Source: a virus (taxonomy: Duplodnaviria; Caudoviricetes). Taken from it: 64,000 bases of DNA. The notes under the pieces are model-generated. The model was not told the origin of the DNA. It was given only the letters and a program-made list of their open reading frames with translations, and did not search any database. Where the stretch lies: the IMG/VR virus record IMGVR_UViG_3300020336_000481, positions 1 through 64,000 of that record; one strand, 5' to 3'. The position numbers were made by a program, and so were the translations under genes. Numbering within the stretch: position 1 is the stretch's first letter; each line of letters starts with the position of its first letter. Shown here piece by piece: positions 38,482-47,315 of the stretch.

Positions 38482-40916
38482 TACGTTGCGCCACCTTCAC
38501 TACTATTCGTTTCAGTAATTTGATTTTCTTTATCACCTGAAGTAATAAGTTCTTGAAATAACTTACTACCTTTAAGTTTATTATCTGTTTCTTGATTACG
38601 TCTTCTAACACATTGCAAGTCTTGTTGGAATATACCTTTGTCAAATTTATTTTCTACCATTACAACTTGATACAAACCACTAAATGCTCCAACAGGAGCA
38701 AATCCGCCATCCGGAAAATGCATGTTGCCGTCACCTTGATAATCAATTGGTGTTCTAAAGTTTATTATAATATCTGTTTCACTACTTTGATAATTTACAC
38801 TTCCGTCTTTTGTAATATTAATAAAAGTTGGGTCGGGCTTTGATGTATAATTTCCAATTCCACTATCAGCAATATAATAAGGATCTCCCATAATAGTAAA
38901 GTTTACTACAACTAAATCTGCTGGACTATTGACGATAGCTTCATTTACATCTCTTGCAACTTGTGTTTGTGGATCTTCTAAGGCTCCGTCGCCACCAACA
39001 GTTTTTTTAGCACCAGTAGTTGTTTTTGTTTGTGTAGTTCCTGAGGAACTTACTGAGTTATCACCATCTGCTTGTTTTGTTACAACGTCTGCATCTGTAG
39101 TTGCCATTTGTCCAGCGGCACCTTCTTTACTTGCAAGTGAAGCTTGACCACGCATGTCTTGAATAGCAAGGAAAAATGCTGTATTAATTTCTATATCAAA
39201 TTCTAATATATCTTTATTTTCACCTGTGTATATGTAATTGTATATCTTTGCTGCTTGTCCTAATTGTTGTTTCCAGTTTGCCATAGGCTTTGACGGAGGA
39301 CTAAATCTAGAAGCACTTACTTTGTAAGGTACTATTCTATATACATAAACTTTTGGCGGAGCGCCTGTAGCATCTACAGTTTCACTGCTTGAAGCATTGT
39401 AAACATGTGTTTCTATCATAAACCAAGGTATCATGTTATTTTCATCTGGCACTGCTTGGCTTAACTGTCTACCATAATCACTGATAAGAATTAATTCTTC
39501 TATTATTTCTTGTATTTTTGTACCTGCAACAAAAGTTAATTTTGAACCTTCGTCAGATATAGTAAGTTTACCTCTTTTAAATGAGCCTGGGCTATCTTCA
39601 ATTTCTGAAAACTTAGCTTCACCAAATGGAACTTTTCCACCTTTAAGGTAATCTTTTACTACTTTAGCTTTACCAATGTCATTTATATTTTCTGGATTTT
39701 CAGCATACTCACGAACTGCTTCTCCTAACTGGCTTCTTTTTACTACTACTCCTAAAATTTCACTTACTTTAGCATCAAAGTCTGCGGGTATTTTTCCGTT
39801 TTGTATTCCTGTTAATGAATCATACAATTTTTGTTTTTGTTCTTCTGATAATTCTCGTTGTCCAGAGGATGATTCTGTTGTTGCTCCTGAGTCGCTTTCG
39901 CCTCCGGCTAAAACATTTTCTTCAGCAGTACTTTCTTTATTAGGAAAGACAAATACATAGTTGTCTGCTTTAGCAATTTGTTTTGCTTCTTCTAATGCTA
40001 AGGCTTTTGTGTTTAATATTGCAGATAAACTAGATGCACCTGATTGCAACAATTCTTCTATTGTTCTACCTTGTAGTACAATATCGTTTTTTGTAGTTTG
40101 AACATTATCTGTTAGAGCTTGATGGTTCCAAGGAATAGCATCAACATCATATGTGCTGCCTCCTTCAGTAACATTAAAGGAACTATTAATTATTTTAATT
40201 GGAAAATATCTTTTTGTTCCGGGGGCACTTACTATACGTCCTGAGCTGTCGTAACCTTTAAATTCTAAAGTTAATATGAATGGTGCTTGTATATAATTTT
40301 TATGCCCTGCTTGAAGTGCGGCTAACTGTAATGTTTGTAAAAACATTCCCATACTGTAAGGTTCAAGTACTTTAAAATTAAAAGATACTGCATTAGTTTG
40401 TCTTGTTTTAGGAGTTGGCGTAAGTACTGTGCCAATGTTGACATCTTCTATAAAAAATTCACAAGCGCCTTCGGTTTCATATTGTGTTAAAACTTTTTTT
40501 CTGCCACTGCCGCCACTTTTTAAAATTACAACACTTGGTCCTTTTACTCTGTATGTTTTGTCAGGATTATTTATTTCATCATCAGTTAGGCATCCTAAAG
40601 TGAAATTATAATTATAACTTGCAAATTTTTCTAATGTATTTGGCCAAGGAGGGAACCCTTGAAAACTACTAATTACTCCACCTAAACTTGTGTTTAGTGC
40701 AGCTTCAACTTGACTGTTAATTTTTCCTAAGGCACTTGTTAACGGTGATGCTACTGCATTTACTAAATCTTTTACGCCGCCTTCAACTGCTGACGCTACT
40801 CCGTTAATATCAATGTTTGAAGAATTAGCTAAAGTTGTGGCTGTTTTTTTAGCTTCTACAGATATATCGCCAACTGCATTTTTTCTTTCAGCAATGTTTT
40901 GAATATTAGGATTCAT
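38481..40916 (-). CDS. baseplate hub protein (gp27-like)
   Basis: lies between gp53 and gp5; C-terminal FTIMGDPYY...FSGLYQV..VENKF..G.F.Q.L. Confidence 0.6.
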   Translation of the reverse strand: MNPNIQNIAERKNAVGDISVEAKKTATTLANSSNIDINGVASAVEGGVKDLVNAVASPLTSALGKINSQVEAALNTSLGGVISSFQGFPPWPNTLEKFASYNYNFTLGCLTDDEINNPDKTYRVKGPSVVILKSGGSGRKKVLTQYETEGACEFFIEDVNIGTVLTPTPKTRQTNAVSFNFKVLEPYSMGMFLQTLQLAALQAGHKNYIQAPFILTLEFKGYDSSGRIVSAPGTKRYFPIKIINSSFNVTEGGSTYDVDAIPWNHQALTDNVQTTKNDIVLQGRTIEELLQSGASSLSAILNTKALALEEAKQIAKADNYVFVFPNKESTAEENVLAGGESDSGATTESSSGQRELSEEQKQKLYDSLTGIQNGKIPADFDAKVSEILGVVVKRSQLGEAVREYAENPENINDIGKAKVVKDYLKGGKVPFGEAKFSEIEDSPGSFKRGKLTISDEGSKLTFVAGTKIQEIIEELILISDYGRQLSQAVPDENNMIPWFMIETHVYNASSSETVDATGAPPKVYVYRIVPYKVSASRFSPPSKPMANWKQQLGQAAKIYNYIYTGENKDILEFDIEINTAFFLAIQDMRGQASLASKEGAAGQMATTDADVVTKQADGDNSVSSSGTTQTKTTTGAKKTVGGDGALEDPQTQVARDVNEAIVNSPADLVVVNFTIMGDPYYIADSGIGNYTSKPDPTFINITKDGSVNYQSSETDIIINFRTPIDYQGDGNMHFPDGGFAPVGAFSGLYQVVMVENKFDKGIFQQDLQCVRRRNQETDNKLKGSKLFQELITSGDKENQITETNSSEGGAT

Positions 40917-40917
40917 T

Positions 40918-41220
40918 TTAATATCCTAATAATTCTGCAAGACTTTCACCTTTAGGCAAATATATTTCTGTGCCTGCTACAAAGTCATATACTGGGTCTT
41001 TAAGTATACTTAAATTTCTTTGTGCAAACACCCACCATAATTTTTGATTGTCATATAAATCATATGCTAGTAGATCTGGTCGGTATGTGTATTGTGGTTC
41101 AATTGTATAAACAATGTCATCTGATTCTGCAGGGACCGGACGTATAGTTAAAATATCTAGATACTGATCATTTACAAACGTTGTGCTAAACCATGGACTG
41201 TCTGCATTATAGTTTGCCAT
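40918..41220 (-). CDS. gp53: baseplate wedge LysM-like protein
   Basis: RPDLLAYDLYDNQKLWWVFA.RN..DP...G.EIYLP. Confidence 0.85.
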   Translation of the reverse strand: MANYNADSPWFSTTFVNDQYLDILTIRPVPAESDDIVYTIEPQYTYRPDLLAYDLYDNQKLWWVFAQRNLSILKDPVYDFVAGTEIYLPKGESLAELLGY

Positions 41221-42122
41221 TATAAAAATCCTTTTTCGTCTATTAGATAATCACCGCGTACAAATTTATCTAACTTAAATTTACCAACAGTTGATCTACT
41301 GTAAATTGGTTGTACTACAACGGATATTGTACATCTTGTTGGTGCCCATGTTCCGTTGGGTCCAATTTGACACTTAATATAATCTACATCGTTTGGTAAT
41401 TCAACTGTAAACATTTGTACTGCGACTGGAACATTCTTAAATACATAATCTCCGTAACCGTTTAGTTGTACTATTGGAGGCGGTGTTCCTTGGTTTGCAG
41501 TATTTTCACCATATGCCATTTTAGTAACACTTCTTAAGTAGTGTACTGCTGCAACCCAATATTCTGCTTCTTTTGCATTTTCTATATAAAAGTCTCCAAC
41601 TATAGTCATTGCGTTCACTTGTGAGTTCTGATATGCAAAAAAAGGATAATTACTATGTACAGGTTGCATTGTGTTATAGTTAGCACTTTGCTCAATTACA
41701 ATTTGGGGCGTATAAGGAAAAACAAAACCATTGGTTTCAGCAAGAGGTAACAAAAGCGGACTTCCTGCAAACGTTGCTGGCATAGATAGTTTAACACGCC
41801 AGTCGTTATCGTTTGAACTTCCCCAATTAGCATCTGAAAATTTTGGAGATAGCGGATTGGCCCCAGTTAAAAGATTTACTGCTCTCAGAGCTTTACCAAA
41901 ACCTGTATCACTAACAAAACTCTGTATATTGTCTTTAGCACGAGTAATTGCACCACCAGTAAGACCGTCACCGACTTTCATTGCTGAGCCTAAAAAGTTG
42001 TTTACTGAAGAAGCAGCAATACTTCCGTTGGGTTTACCAGGAACATCTGCTCGTGGACTAGATGAAACACCTTGGTTTACTCCATTTCGTGACACTATTC
42101 CGTTTTTAAAGACTGTTGGCAA
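41220..42122 (-). CDS. baseplate tail-tube initiator/cap-like protein (gp48/gp54-like)
   Basis: FPYTPQI, PPPIVQLNGYG..VF.NVPV tube-fold pattern; TTG start with GGAGA RBS. Confidence 0.55.
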   Translation of the reverse strand: MPTVFKNGIVSRNGVNQGVSSSPRADVPGKPNGSIAASSVNNFLGSAMKVGDGLTGGAITRAKDNIQSFVSDTGFGKALRAVNLLTGANPLSPKFSDANWGSSNDNDWRVKLSMPATFAGSPLLLPLAETNGFVFPYTPQIVIEQSANYNTMQPVHSNYPFFAYQNSQVNAMTIVGDFYIENAKEAEYWVAAVHYLRSVTKMAYGENTANQGTPPPIVQLNGYGDYVFKNVPVAVQMFTVELPNDVDYIKCQIGPNGTWAPTRCTISVVVQPIYSRSTVGKFKLDKFVRGDYLIDEKGFL

Positions 42123-42144
42123 AATTATCTCCTTTTATATAAAG

Positions 42145-42150
42145 TATTTA
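42145..42150 (-). promoter_or_regulatory. T4-type late promoter TAAATA heading the baseplate block
   Basis: intergenic at the strand switch, upstream of RBS and start 42122. Confidence 0.6.
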
Positions 42151-42151
42151 G

Positions 42152-42180
42152 TTGACAAAATTATCAGAGTATATTATAAT
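42152..42180 (+). promoter_or_regulatory. perfect sigma70 promoter TTGACA-N17-TATAAT for the late sigma gene
   Basis: -35 at 42152-42157, -10 at 42175-42180; AGGAG RBS before ATG 42204. Confidence 0.92.
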
Positions 42181-42203
42181 AGAACATAAACCTAGGAGAA
42201 ACG

Positions 42204-43028
42204 ATGAAAAGAGTAAATTATCTTAACAACAAAGACATACTTAAAGAGATACACAAGTCAAAAAGTAGTTTTTGTAGTTATACTGACCCTGAATACCATC
42301 AATTTGACATTATATTGCCAGATGTTGATAAAATTAACATTAGAACAATAGCTGAAGCAAAAAGAAATAAAGCAAAAAGGTTGCAAGTTACGGACTATGA
42401 TGCAAAAAAGGCTGCAGGTATGAAAGTAAAACAAGCAGAGTGTTTTGTTGATTATAAAAAGATTACAAAAGAAGAACTAATTTTTAGAATCATGACGTTT
42501 GACCATATACCTGAAGAACCAGGACGTAAGAAGAACCCAAAAACAGTGGCCGATACTAAAGAAAAATTAAATTTTCCTCCTTTTCAACATTATAAGTTTA
42601 ACGATGCTGGAGAATTAATTTGTGTAGGCAAAAGCCATTGGGTTGGTGGTATGGAAAACGGATACTTTGACAAAAAAGCAGGTACAGCAACAAATAAACT
42701 TGCTATGATGTGGATGAAATTATGCGATAGGTACGCTACACGTGGTAATGTTCGCGGATACACATACAATGACGAAATGCGTGGCCAGGCAATACTACAA
42801 CTAGCACAAATTGGCTTACAATTTGACGAATCTAAGTCACAAAATCCATTTGCTTACTATACTGCGGCTGTAACTAATAGTTTTGTTAGAGTTATTAACA
42901 TTGAGAAGCGAAATCAAAACATTAGAGACGATATCTTAGAAATGAACCATATGAATCCAAGTTATACTCGTCAAAGTCAAGGCGAATTTGAAGCTGCTAA
43001 AAAACGAGCAGAAGAAAACTTAAAATAA
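42204..43028 (+). CDS. gp55: late-transcription sigma factor
   Basis: NYLNNKD N-terminus; YTYNDEM...QFDESKSQNPFAYYT..V.NSF.RVI..EK; upstream of gp47/gp46 as in T4-like phages. Confidence 0.88.
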   Translation: MKRVNYLNNKDILKEIHKSKSSFCSYTDPEYHQFDIILPDVDKINIRTIAEAKRNKAKRLQVTDYDAKKAAGMKVKQAECFVDYKKITKEELIFRIMTFDHIPEEPGRKKNPKTVADTKEKLNFPPFQHYKFNDAGELICVGKSHWVGGMENGYFDKKAGTATNKLAMMWMKLCDRYATRGNVRGYTYNDEMRGQAILQLAQIGLQFDESKSQNPFAYYTAAVTNSFVRVINIEKRNQNIRDDILEMNHMNPSYTRQSQGEFEAAKKRAEENLK

Positions 43029-43039
43029 TCACATTGTGG

Positions 43040-43068
43040 TTGACACATGTACATTTTTAGTATATACT
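43040..43068 (+). promoter_or_regulatory. sigma70 promoter TTGACA-N17-TATACT for gp47/gp46
   Basis: -35 at 43040-43045, -10 at 43063-43068. Confidence 0.85.
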
Positions 43069-43095
43069 TTAACAGTATAAAATAAGGATTTTAAT

Positions 43096-44106
43096 TTGTT
43101 TAAGAAAGCAGCTGTTTTTACAGACATCCATTATGGACTGAAAAGCAATAGTAAGGTTCACAATGATGATTGTGAAGAATTTGTTGATTGGTTTATCGAA
43201 CAAGCCAAAGCTAACGGATGTGAGACTGGTATTTTCTGTGGTGATTGGCATCATAATAGGAACAGTCTTAATCTAACTACTATGGATGCTACAATTCGTA
43301 GCTTAGAAAAGTTAGGTCAAGCATTTGATAAGTTTTATATGTTTGTAGGTAATCATGATCTATATTATAAAGACAAGCGAGATGTAACATCTACTATATT
43401 TGGAAAACATATTCCGGGTATTACTATTGTTGACGAAATATATGAAGAAGAAGATGTTGCACTAGTCCCGTGGCTAGTTGGTGATGAATGGAAAAAGATA
43501 CAAAAATGTAAAGCCAAATATATGTTTGGTCATTTTGAGTTGCCACACTTCTATATGAATGCAATGGTGCAGATGCCTGAGCACGGGGACTTAAGAGCAG
43601 AGCATTTTGAAAATCAAGAATATGTTTTTAGTGGACATTTTCACAAACGTCAAGTTAAAGGTAAAATACACTACATTGGCAATTCGTTTCCACACAACTA
43701 TGCAGATGCATGGGATGATGAGCGTGGCATGATGATTCTCGATCGAGAAAATAACAAAGAACCTGAATATCTCAATTGGGGTAATTGTCCAAAATACAGA
43801 ACAATTAAACTAAGTCATTTATTAGATAAAACTGACGAAGTAATGAAAGCAAAAATGTATCTAAGAGTTACATTAGACTTGCCAATTAGTTTTGAAGAAG
43901 CAAGTTTTATCAAAGAAACATTTTTTAAAGATTTTAAATGCCGAGAAATTACACTCATTCCACAACAAACCATTGACGAAATTGATACTGAATTAGATAT
44001 TTCAACCTTTGAAAGTGTTGACGAAATAGTGTCAAAAGAAATAAGTGCTATTGACAGTGATACTTACGATAAAAAAATGCTATTAGATATCTATAAAGAG
44101 TGTTAA
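43096..44106 (+). CDS. gp47: recombination nuclease subunit (Mre11/SbcD-like)
   Basis: metallophosphoesterase motifs DIH, GD, GNHD, GH, SGHFH. Confidence 0.95.
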   Translation: MFKKAAVFTDIHYGLKSNSKVHNDDCEEFVDWFIEQAKANGCETGIFCGDWHHNRNSLNLTTMDATIRSLEKLGQAFDKFYMFVGNHDLYYKDKRDVTSTIFGKHIPGITIVDEIYEEEDVALVPWLVGDEWKKIQKCKAKYMFGHFELPHFYMNAMVQMPEHGDLRAEHFENQEYVFSGHFHKRQVKGKIHYIGNSFPHNYADAWDDERGMMILDRENNKEPEYLNWGNCPKYRTIKLSHLLDKTDEVMKAKMYLRVTLDLPISFEEASFIKETFFKDFKCREITLIPQQTIDEIDTELDISTFESVDEIVSKEISAIDSDTYDKKMLLDIYKEC

Positions 44107-44110
44107 TTAA

Positions 44111-45883
44111 ATGATAAAATTAAAAGATTTAACCGTTAAAAATTTTATGAGTGTGGGCAATCAAACCCAGGCTGTTGACTTTAATAAGCAACAGTTAACA
44201 CTAGTGCTTGGAGAGAACATTGACCAAGGTGGTGACGACAGCGGATCACGTAATGGTACGGGCAAGACTACTATTATTAATGCTTTATCTTATGCATTAT
44301 ACGGGAAAGCACTTACAAATATTAGAGCAAACAACTTAATTAATAAAACTAACAGCAAAGGTATGTTAGTAACATTGCATTTTGAAAAAAACGGCGTTGA
44401 TTACCGTATTGAACGTGGAAGGTCTCCTAATGTGATGAAGTTTTTTATTAACGGCCAAGAACAAGAAATGATAGACGAGTCGCAGGGCGACAGTCGTAAA
44501 ACACAAGAGTCTGTAAAAGACCTGTTGAATATGAGTCACGACATGTTCAAACACGTTGTTGCACTGAATACATACTCTGAACCGTTTTTAAGTATGCGAG
44601 TTAATGATCAAAGAGCAATTATCGAACAACTTCTTGGTATTACTATTCTTAGTGAAAAAGCACTTAACTTAAAAGAGCAGGTTAAAAGCACAAAGGATGC
44701 TATTACTGAAGAAACTGTTAAAATAAATGCTATGCAAAATGCAAACGAAAAGATTCAGTCTACAATTACTGATCTTAAGGGTACACAAAAAGCATGGCTT
44801 TCAAAACGTACTAACGATGTTTTAAAATTAAAAGAAGCCATTGACGAGTTAGAGCATTTAGACATTGAAAGAGAGCTAGAAGCTCACGAAAAACTTCAAA
44901 ATTGGACTGAGCGTAATAACTCTATTTTGGCTCTTAGAAAAGAATTAGGCACATTGGAGCCAGCATTAGTACGTGCTGACAACAGCGTAGAAAAAGCGTC
45001 TAAAGATATCGAAGATTTAGATGATGCTAAGTGTTATACTTGCGGACAAGAGCTACAAGCTGATAAAAAAGTTGAGATTGCAGAACGTAAAACTAAAGAA
45101 CTTGAAGATGCTGTTGCATATCAAAAAGAGATATCCAATAAACTTGTAGAGGTTACTAAGGGTCTTGAAAAGATAGGAGATATCAACGGGAAGCCTACAA
45201 CATTTTATGAAACTGCAAAAGAAGCATACGATCATAGAAGCAATGTTGACAAGTTAAAACAGGCCTGGGGGAACAAAAAAGAAGAAGTTGATCCTTATGA
45301 GGAACAAATTAATAAACTAGAACAAGAAGCACTTCAGGAAATTAAGTGGGACAGTGTAAACGAGCTTACTAGTTTTAAAGATCATCAAGAATTTTTATTA
45401 AAACTGTTAACAAATAAAGATAGCTTTATTCGTAAGAAGATTATTGATCAAAACTTGGCATATCTTAACAATAGGTTAACATATTACTTAGATAAACTAG
45501 GACTCCCGCACCAAGTACAATTTCAAAATGATCTAAATGTAGAAATTACACAACTAGGACAAGACTTAGACTTTGATAACTTGTCAAGAGGTGAGCGTAA
45601 CAGACTTATATTAGGTTTGTCGTTTGCGTTTAGAGATGTTTGGGAAAGTTTATATCAAAACATTAACTTGTTATTCATAGATGAGCTTATTGATAGCGGT
45701 ATGGACACAGCAGGAGTTGAAGGATCACTTGCTGTTCTTAAAAAGATGGGTCGAGAGCGTGAAAAGAATATCTTCTTAATTAGTCATAAGGATGAACTAA
45801 TTGGTAGGGTAAACCATGTATTGAAAGTTTACAAAGAAAATGGTTTCACAAGTTATGAGAACGATATTGATGTAGTAGAATGA
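44111..45883 (+). CDS. gp46: recombination ATPase subunit (Rad50/SbcC-like)
   Basis: Walker A NGTGKTT, zinc hook CYTC, signature LSRGE, Walker B LLFIDE, ISH. Confidence 0.95.
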   Translation: MIKLKDLTVKNFMSVGNQTQAVDFNKQQLTLVLGENIDQGGDDSGSRNGTGKTTIINALSYALYGKALTNIRANNLINKTNSKGMLVTLHFEKNGVDYRIERGRSPNVMKFFINGQEQEMIDESQGDSRKTQESVKDLLNMSHDMFKHVVALNTYSEPFLSMRVNDQRAIIEQLLGITILSEKALNLKEQVKSTKDAITEETVKINAMQNANEKIQSTITDLKGTQKAWLSKRTNDVLKLKEAIDELEHLDIERELEAHEKLQNWTERNNSILALRKELGTLEPALVRADNSVEKASKDIEDLDDAKCYTCGQELQADKKVEIAERKTKELEDAVAYQKEISNKLVEVTKGLEKIGDINGKPTTFYETAKEAYDHRSNVDKLKQAWGNKKEEVDPYEEQINKLEQEALQEIKWDSVNELTSFKDHQEFLLKLLTNKDSFIRKKIIDQNLAYLNNRLTYYLDKLGLPHQVQFQNDLNVEITQLGQDLDFDNLSRGERNRLILGLSFAFRDVWESLYQNINLLFIDELIDSGMDTAGVEGSLAVLKKMGREREKNIFLISHKDELIGRVNHVLKVYKENGFTSYENDIDVVE

Positions 45884-46095
45884 TGGACGATACACACGAC
45901 AAACTAGTTAACGCATACTTAGAATACTTTAAAGCTAATGAAAAGTTTGAACAAAGGCTTTCAGTGAGAACACATAGAACTAGTAGACGTTGGTTAAGAG
46001 AAATACGAACACTAGCAAAGGAAAGAATGGAAGAAATACACAAAAAACATATAGAAATTAAAGGCGAAAACCAAAACGAAGACGATTCCATTTAG
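45880..46095 (+). CDS. hypothetical protein
   Basis: 71-aa helical ORF overlapping the gp46 stop (ATGA). Confidence 0.7.
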   Translation: MMDDTHDKLVNAYLEYFKANEKFEQRLSVRTHRTSRRWLREIRTLAKERMEEIHKKHIEIKGENQNEDDSI

Positions 46096-46113
46096 TACTA
46101 GGTAAGTACCTAG

Positions 46114-46548
46114 ATGGAGTGGACATATAAAGGCAAAATTATTAAAGAGCTTCCTTCGGATTGCGAAGGATTTGTTTACTTGATCACAAATACTACTAAT
46201 AATAAAAAGTATGTAGGCAAAAAATTAGCAAAATTTAAGACCACAAAGCCACCACTCAAAGGCAAAAAAAATAAAAGACGCGGCACTAAGGAAAGCGATT
46301 GGCGAGATTACTGGGGATCTAGTGATAAGTTAAACGCAGACGTTGCCGAAATAGGCAAAGACAAATTTACTAGAGAAGTATTATACTACTGCACTGGTAG
46401 AGGTGAAATGTCATATCTTGAGGCAAGAGAACAATTTGAAAGACGTGTACTTGAAACAGATGAATACTACAACGGTATTATCAATGTTAGAGTTGGTGGA
46501 TCAAAAGTTCTAAGAGAAGCACTTAAAGGCAAACCAAGCAACACTTAA
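46114..46548 (+). CDS. stand-alone GIY-YIG-family endonuclease
   Basis: GFVYLITN..N.KKYVGKK, YWGSS, F.RE.L, conserved E in YLEAREQ, YYN; no appended DNA-binding domain. Confidence 0.8.
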   Translation: MEWTYKGKIIKELPSDCEGFVYLITNTTNNKKYVGKKLAKFKTTKPPLKGKKNKRRGTKESDWRDYWGSSDKLNADVAEIGKDKFTREVLYYCTGRGEMSYLEAREQFERRVLETDEYYNGIINVRVGGSKVLREALKGKPSNT

Positions 46549-47057
46549 GGTTAGCGGGCCGGTTTATAATCCCGCTGTGGAAAAGCCTATAGGAATATAG
46601 GACACGTACATATTGATTGACACACCAGAGTGTGGAAGCCATCAAACAAATTGGGCTTACTAGTTGATATAAGTTGAATGTTGCCAGCTGAAAAACACAA
46701 CATAGTTCATAAAAACCCTTAGCACTAGGAACGAAGCGGGGGATAGCGAAGAAATCCGCGAAGCGGTAAAGCGGTTTTGCAAATTTTTTCGTAATGTCGA
46801 CGTAGGTTGGGAAAGGTCAGAGCCCATTGAACTAAGTGTATAAACAATTACCTACTTCCAAGTCTCGGCTGTGACGGACTCACATAAAGTCAAGATTAGA
46901 TGGAACCAGCGATTAGGTTCCGTCTGACTGAAACAATCTACATAAAGCAATTACATTATTACTTCGTAATAATGCTTTAATTCATATCTACTGCTTAAAT
47001 CAAAACGAAGTAATAGTTTGAGCGTAAGCGAAAACTTGAGTTAACGAAGTTAACTCA
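46549..47057 (+). ncRNA. candidate large structured non-coding element (ncRNA, or single-stranded origin-like DNA)
   Basis: no long ORF, GC-richer than flanks, at least ten helices readable by eye, several with G-U pairs on the plus strand. Confidence 0.55.
47037..47057. terminator. perfect hairpin TGAGTTAAC-GAA-GTTAACTCA between convergent units
   Basis: 9-bp inverted repeat ending 1 nt from the stop of 47059..47247; U-tract weak. Confidence 0.4.
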
Positions 47058-47058
47058 T

Positions 47059-47247
47059 TTAATGTAAATCAGGATCACGTCCAAATCCAGGTTTAACTGA
47101 ACTAACATTAATTGTTTCTACTTCAAAATGTTCATAAGGTTGCTGATCTTGCATATGTGCAATATATTGTTCTACTTCTTCTAAACTATTAAGAACATCA
47201 ACTTGTTGTTTATCAGACATTCTGATAATCTTATATTTTATAACCAT
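47059..47247 (-). CDS. small hypothetical protein
   Basis: 62 aa, AGGA RBS, TAAATA at 47270-47265. Confidence 0.65.
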   Translation of the reverse strand: MVIKYKIIRMSDKQQVDVLNSLEEVEQYIAHMQDQQPYEHFEVETINVSSVKPGFGRDPDLH

Positions 47248-47264
47248 AGTGTTTCCTAATAGAA

Positions 47265-47293
47265 TATTTAATTTCCTTTAGAGAGCATAAATA
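47265..47293. promoter_or_regulatory. divergent late promoters (TAAATA minus 47270-47265; ATAAATA plus 47287-47293)
   Basis: each precedes an RBS and ATG on its strand. Confidence 0.6.
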
Positions 47294-47315
47294 CTATCAG
47301 TTAAAGGATTTATCT

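Noticed and set aside
46577-46660. Resemblance to RNase P RNA conserved regions (GTGGAAAAGCC ... AAACAAATTGGGCTTA)
   Set aside because: Imperfect match and only about 80 nt apart, too short to hold the catalytic domain; not called without a covariance-model hit
46549-47057. Group I intron associated with the GIY-YIG gene
   Set aside because: No recognisable P7 (R/S) core sequences and no interrupted host gene on either side
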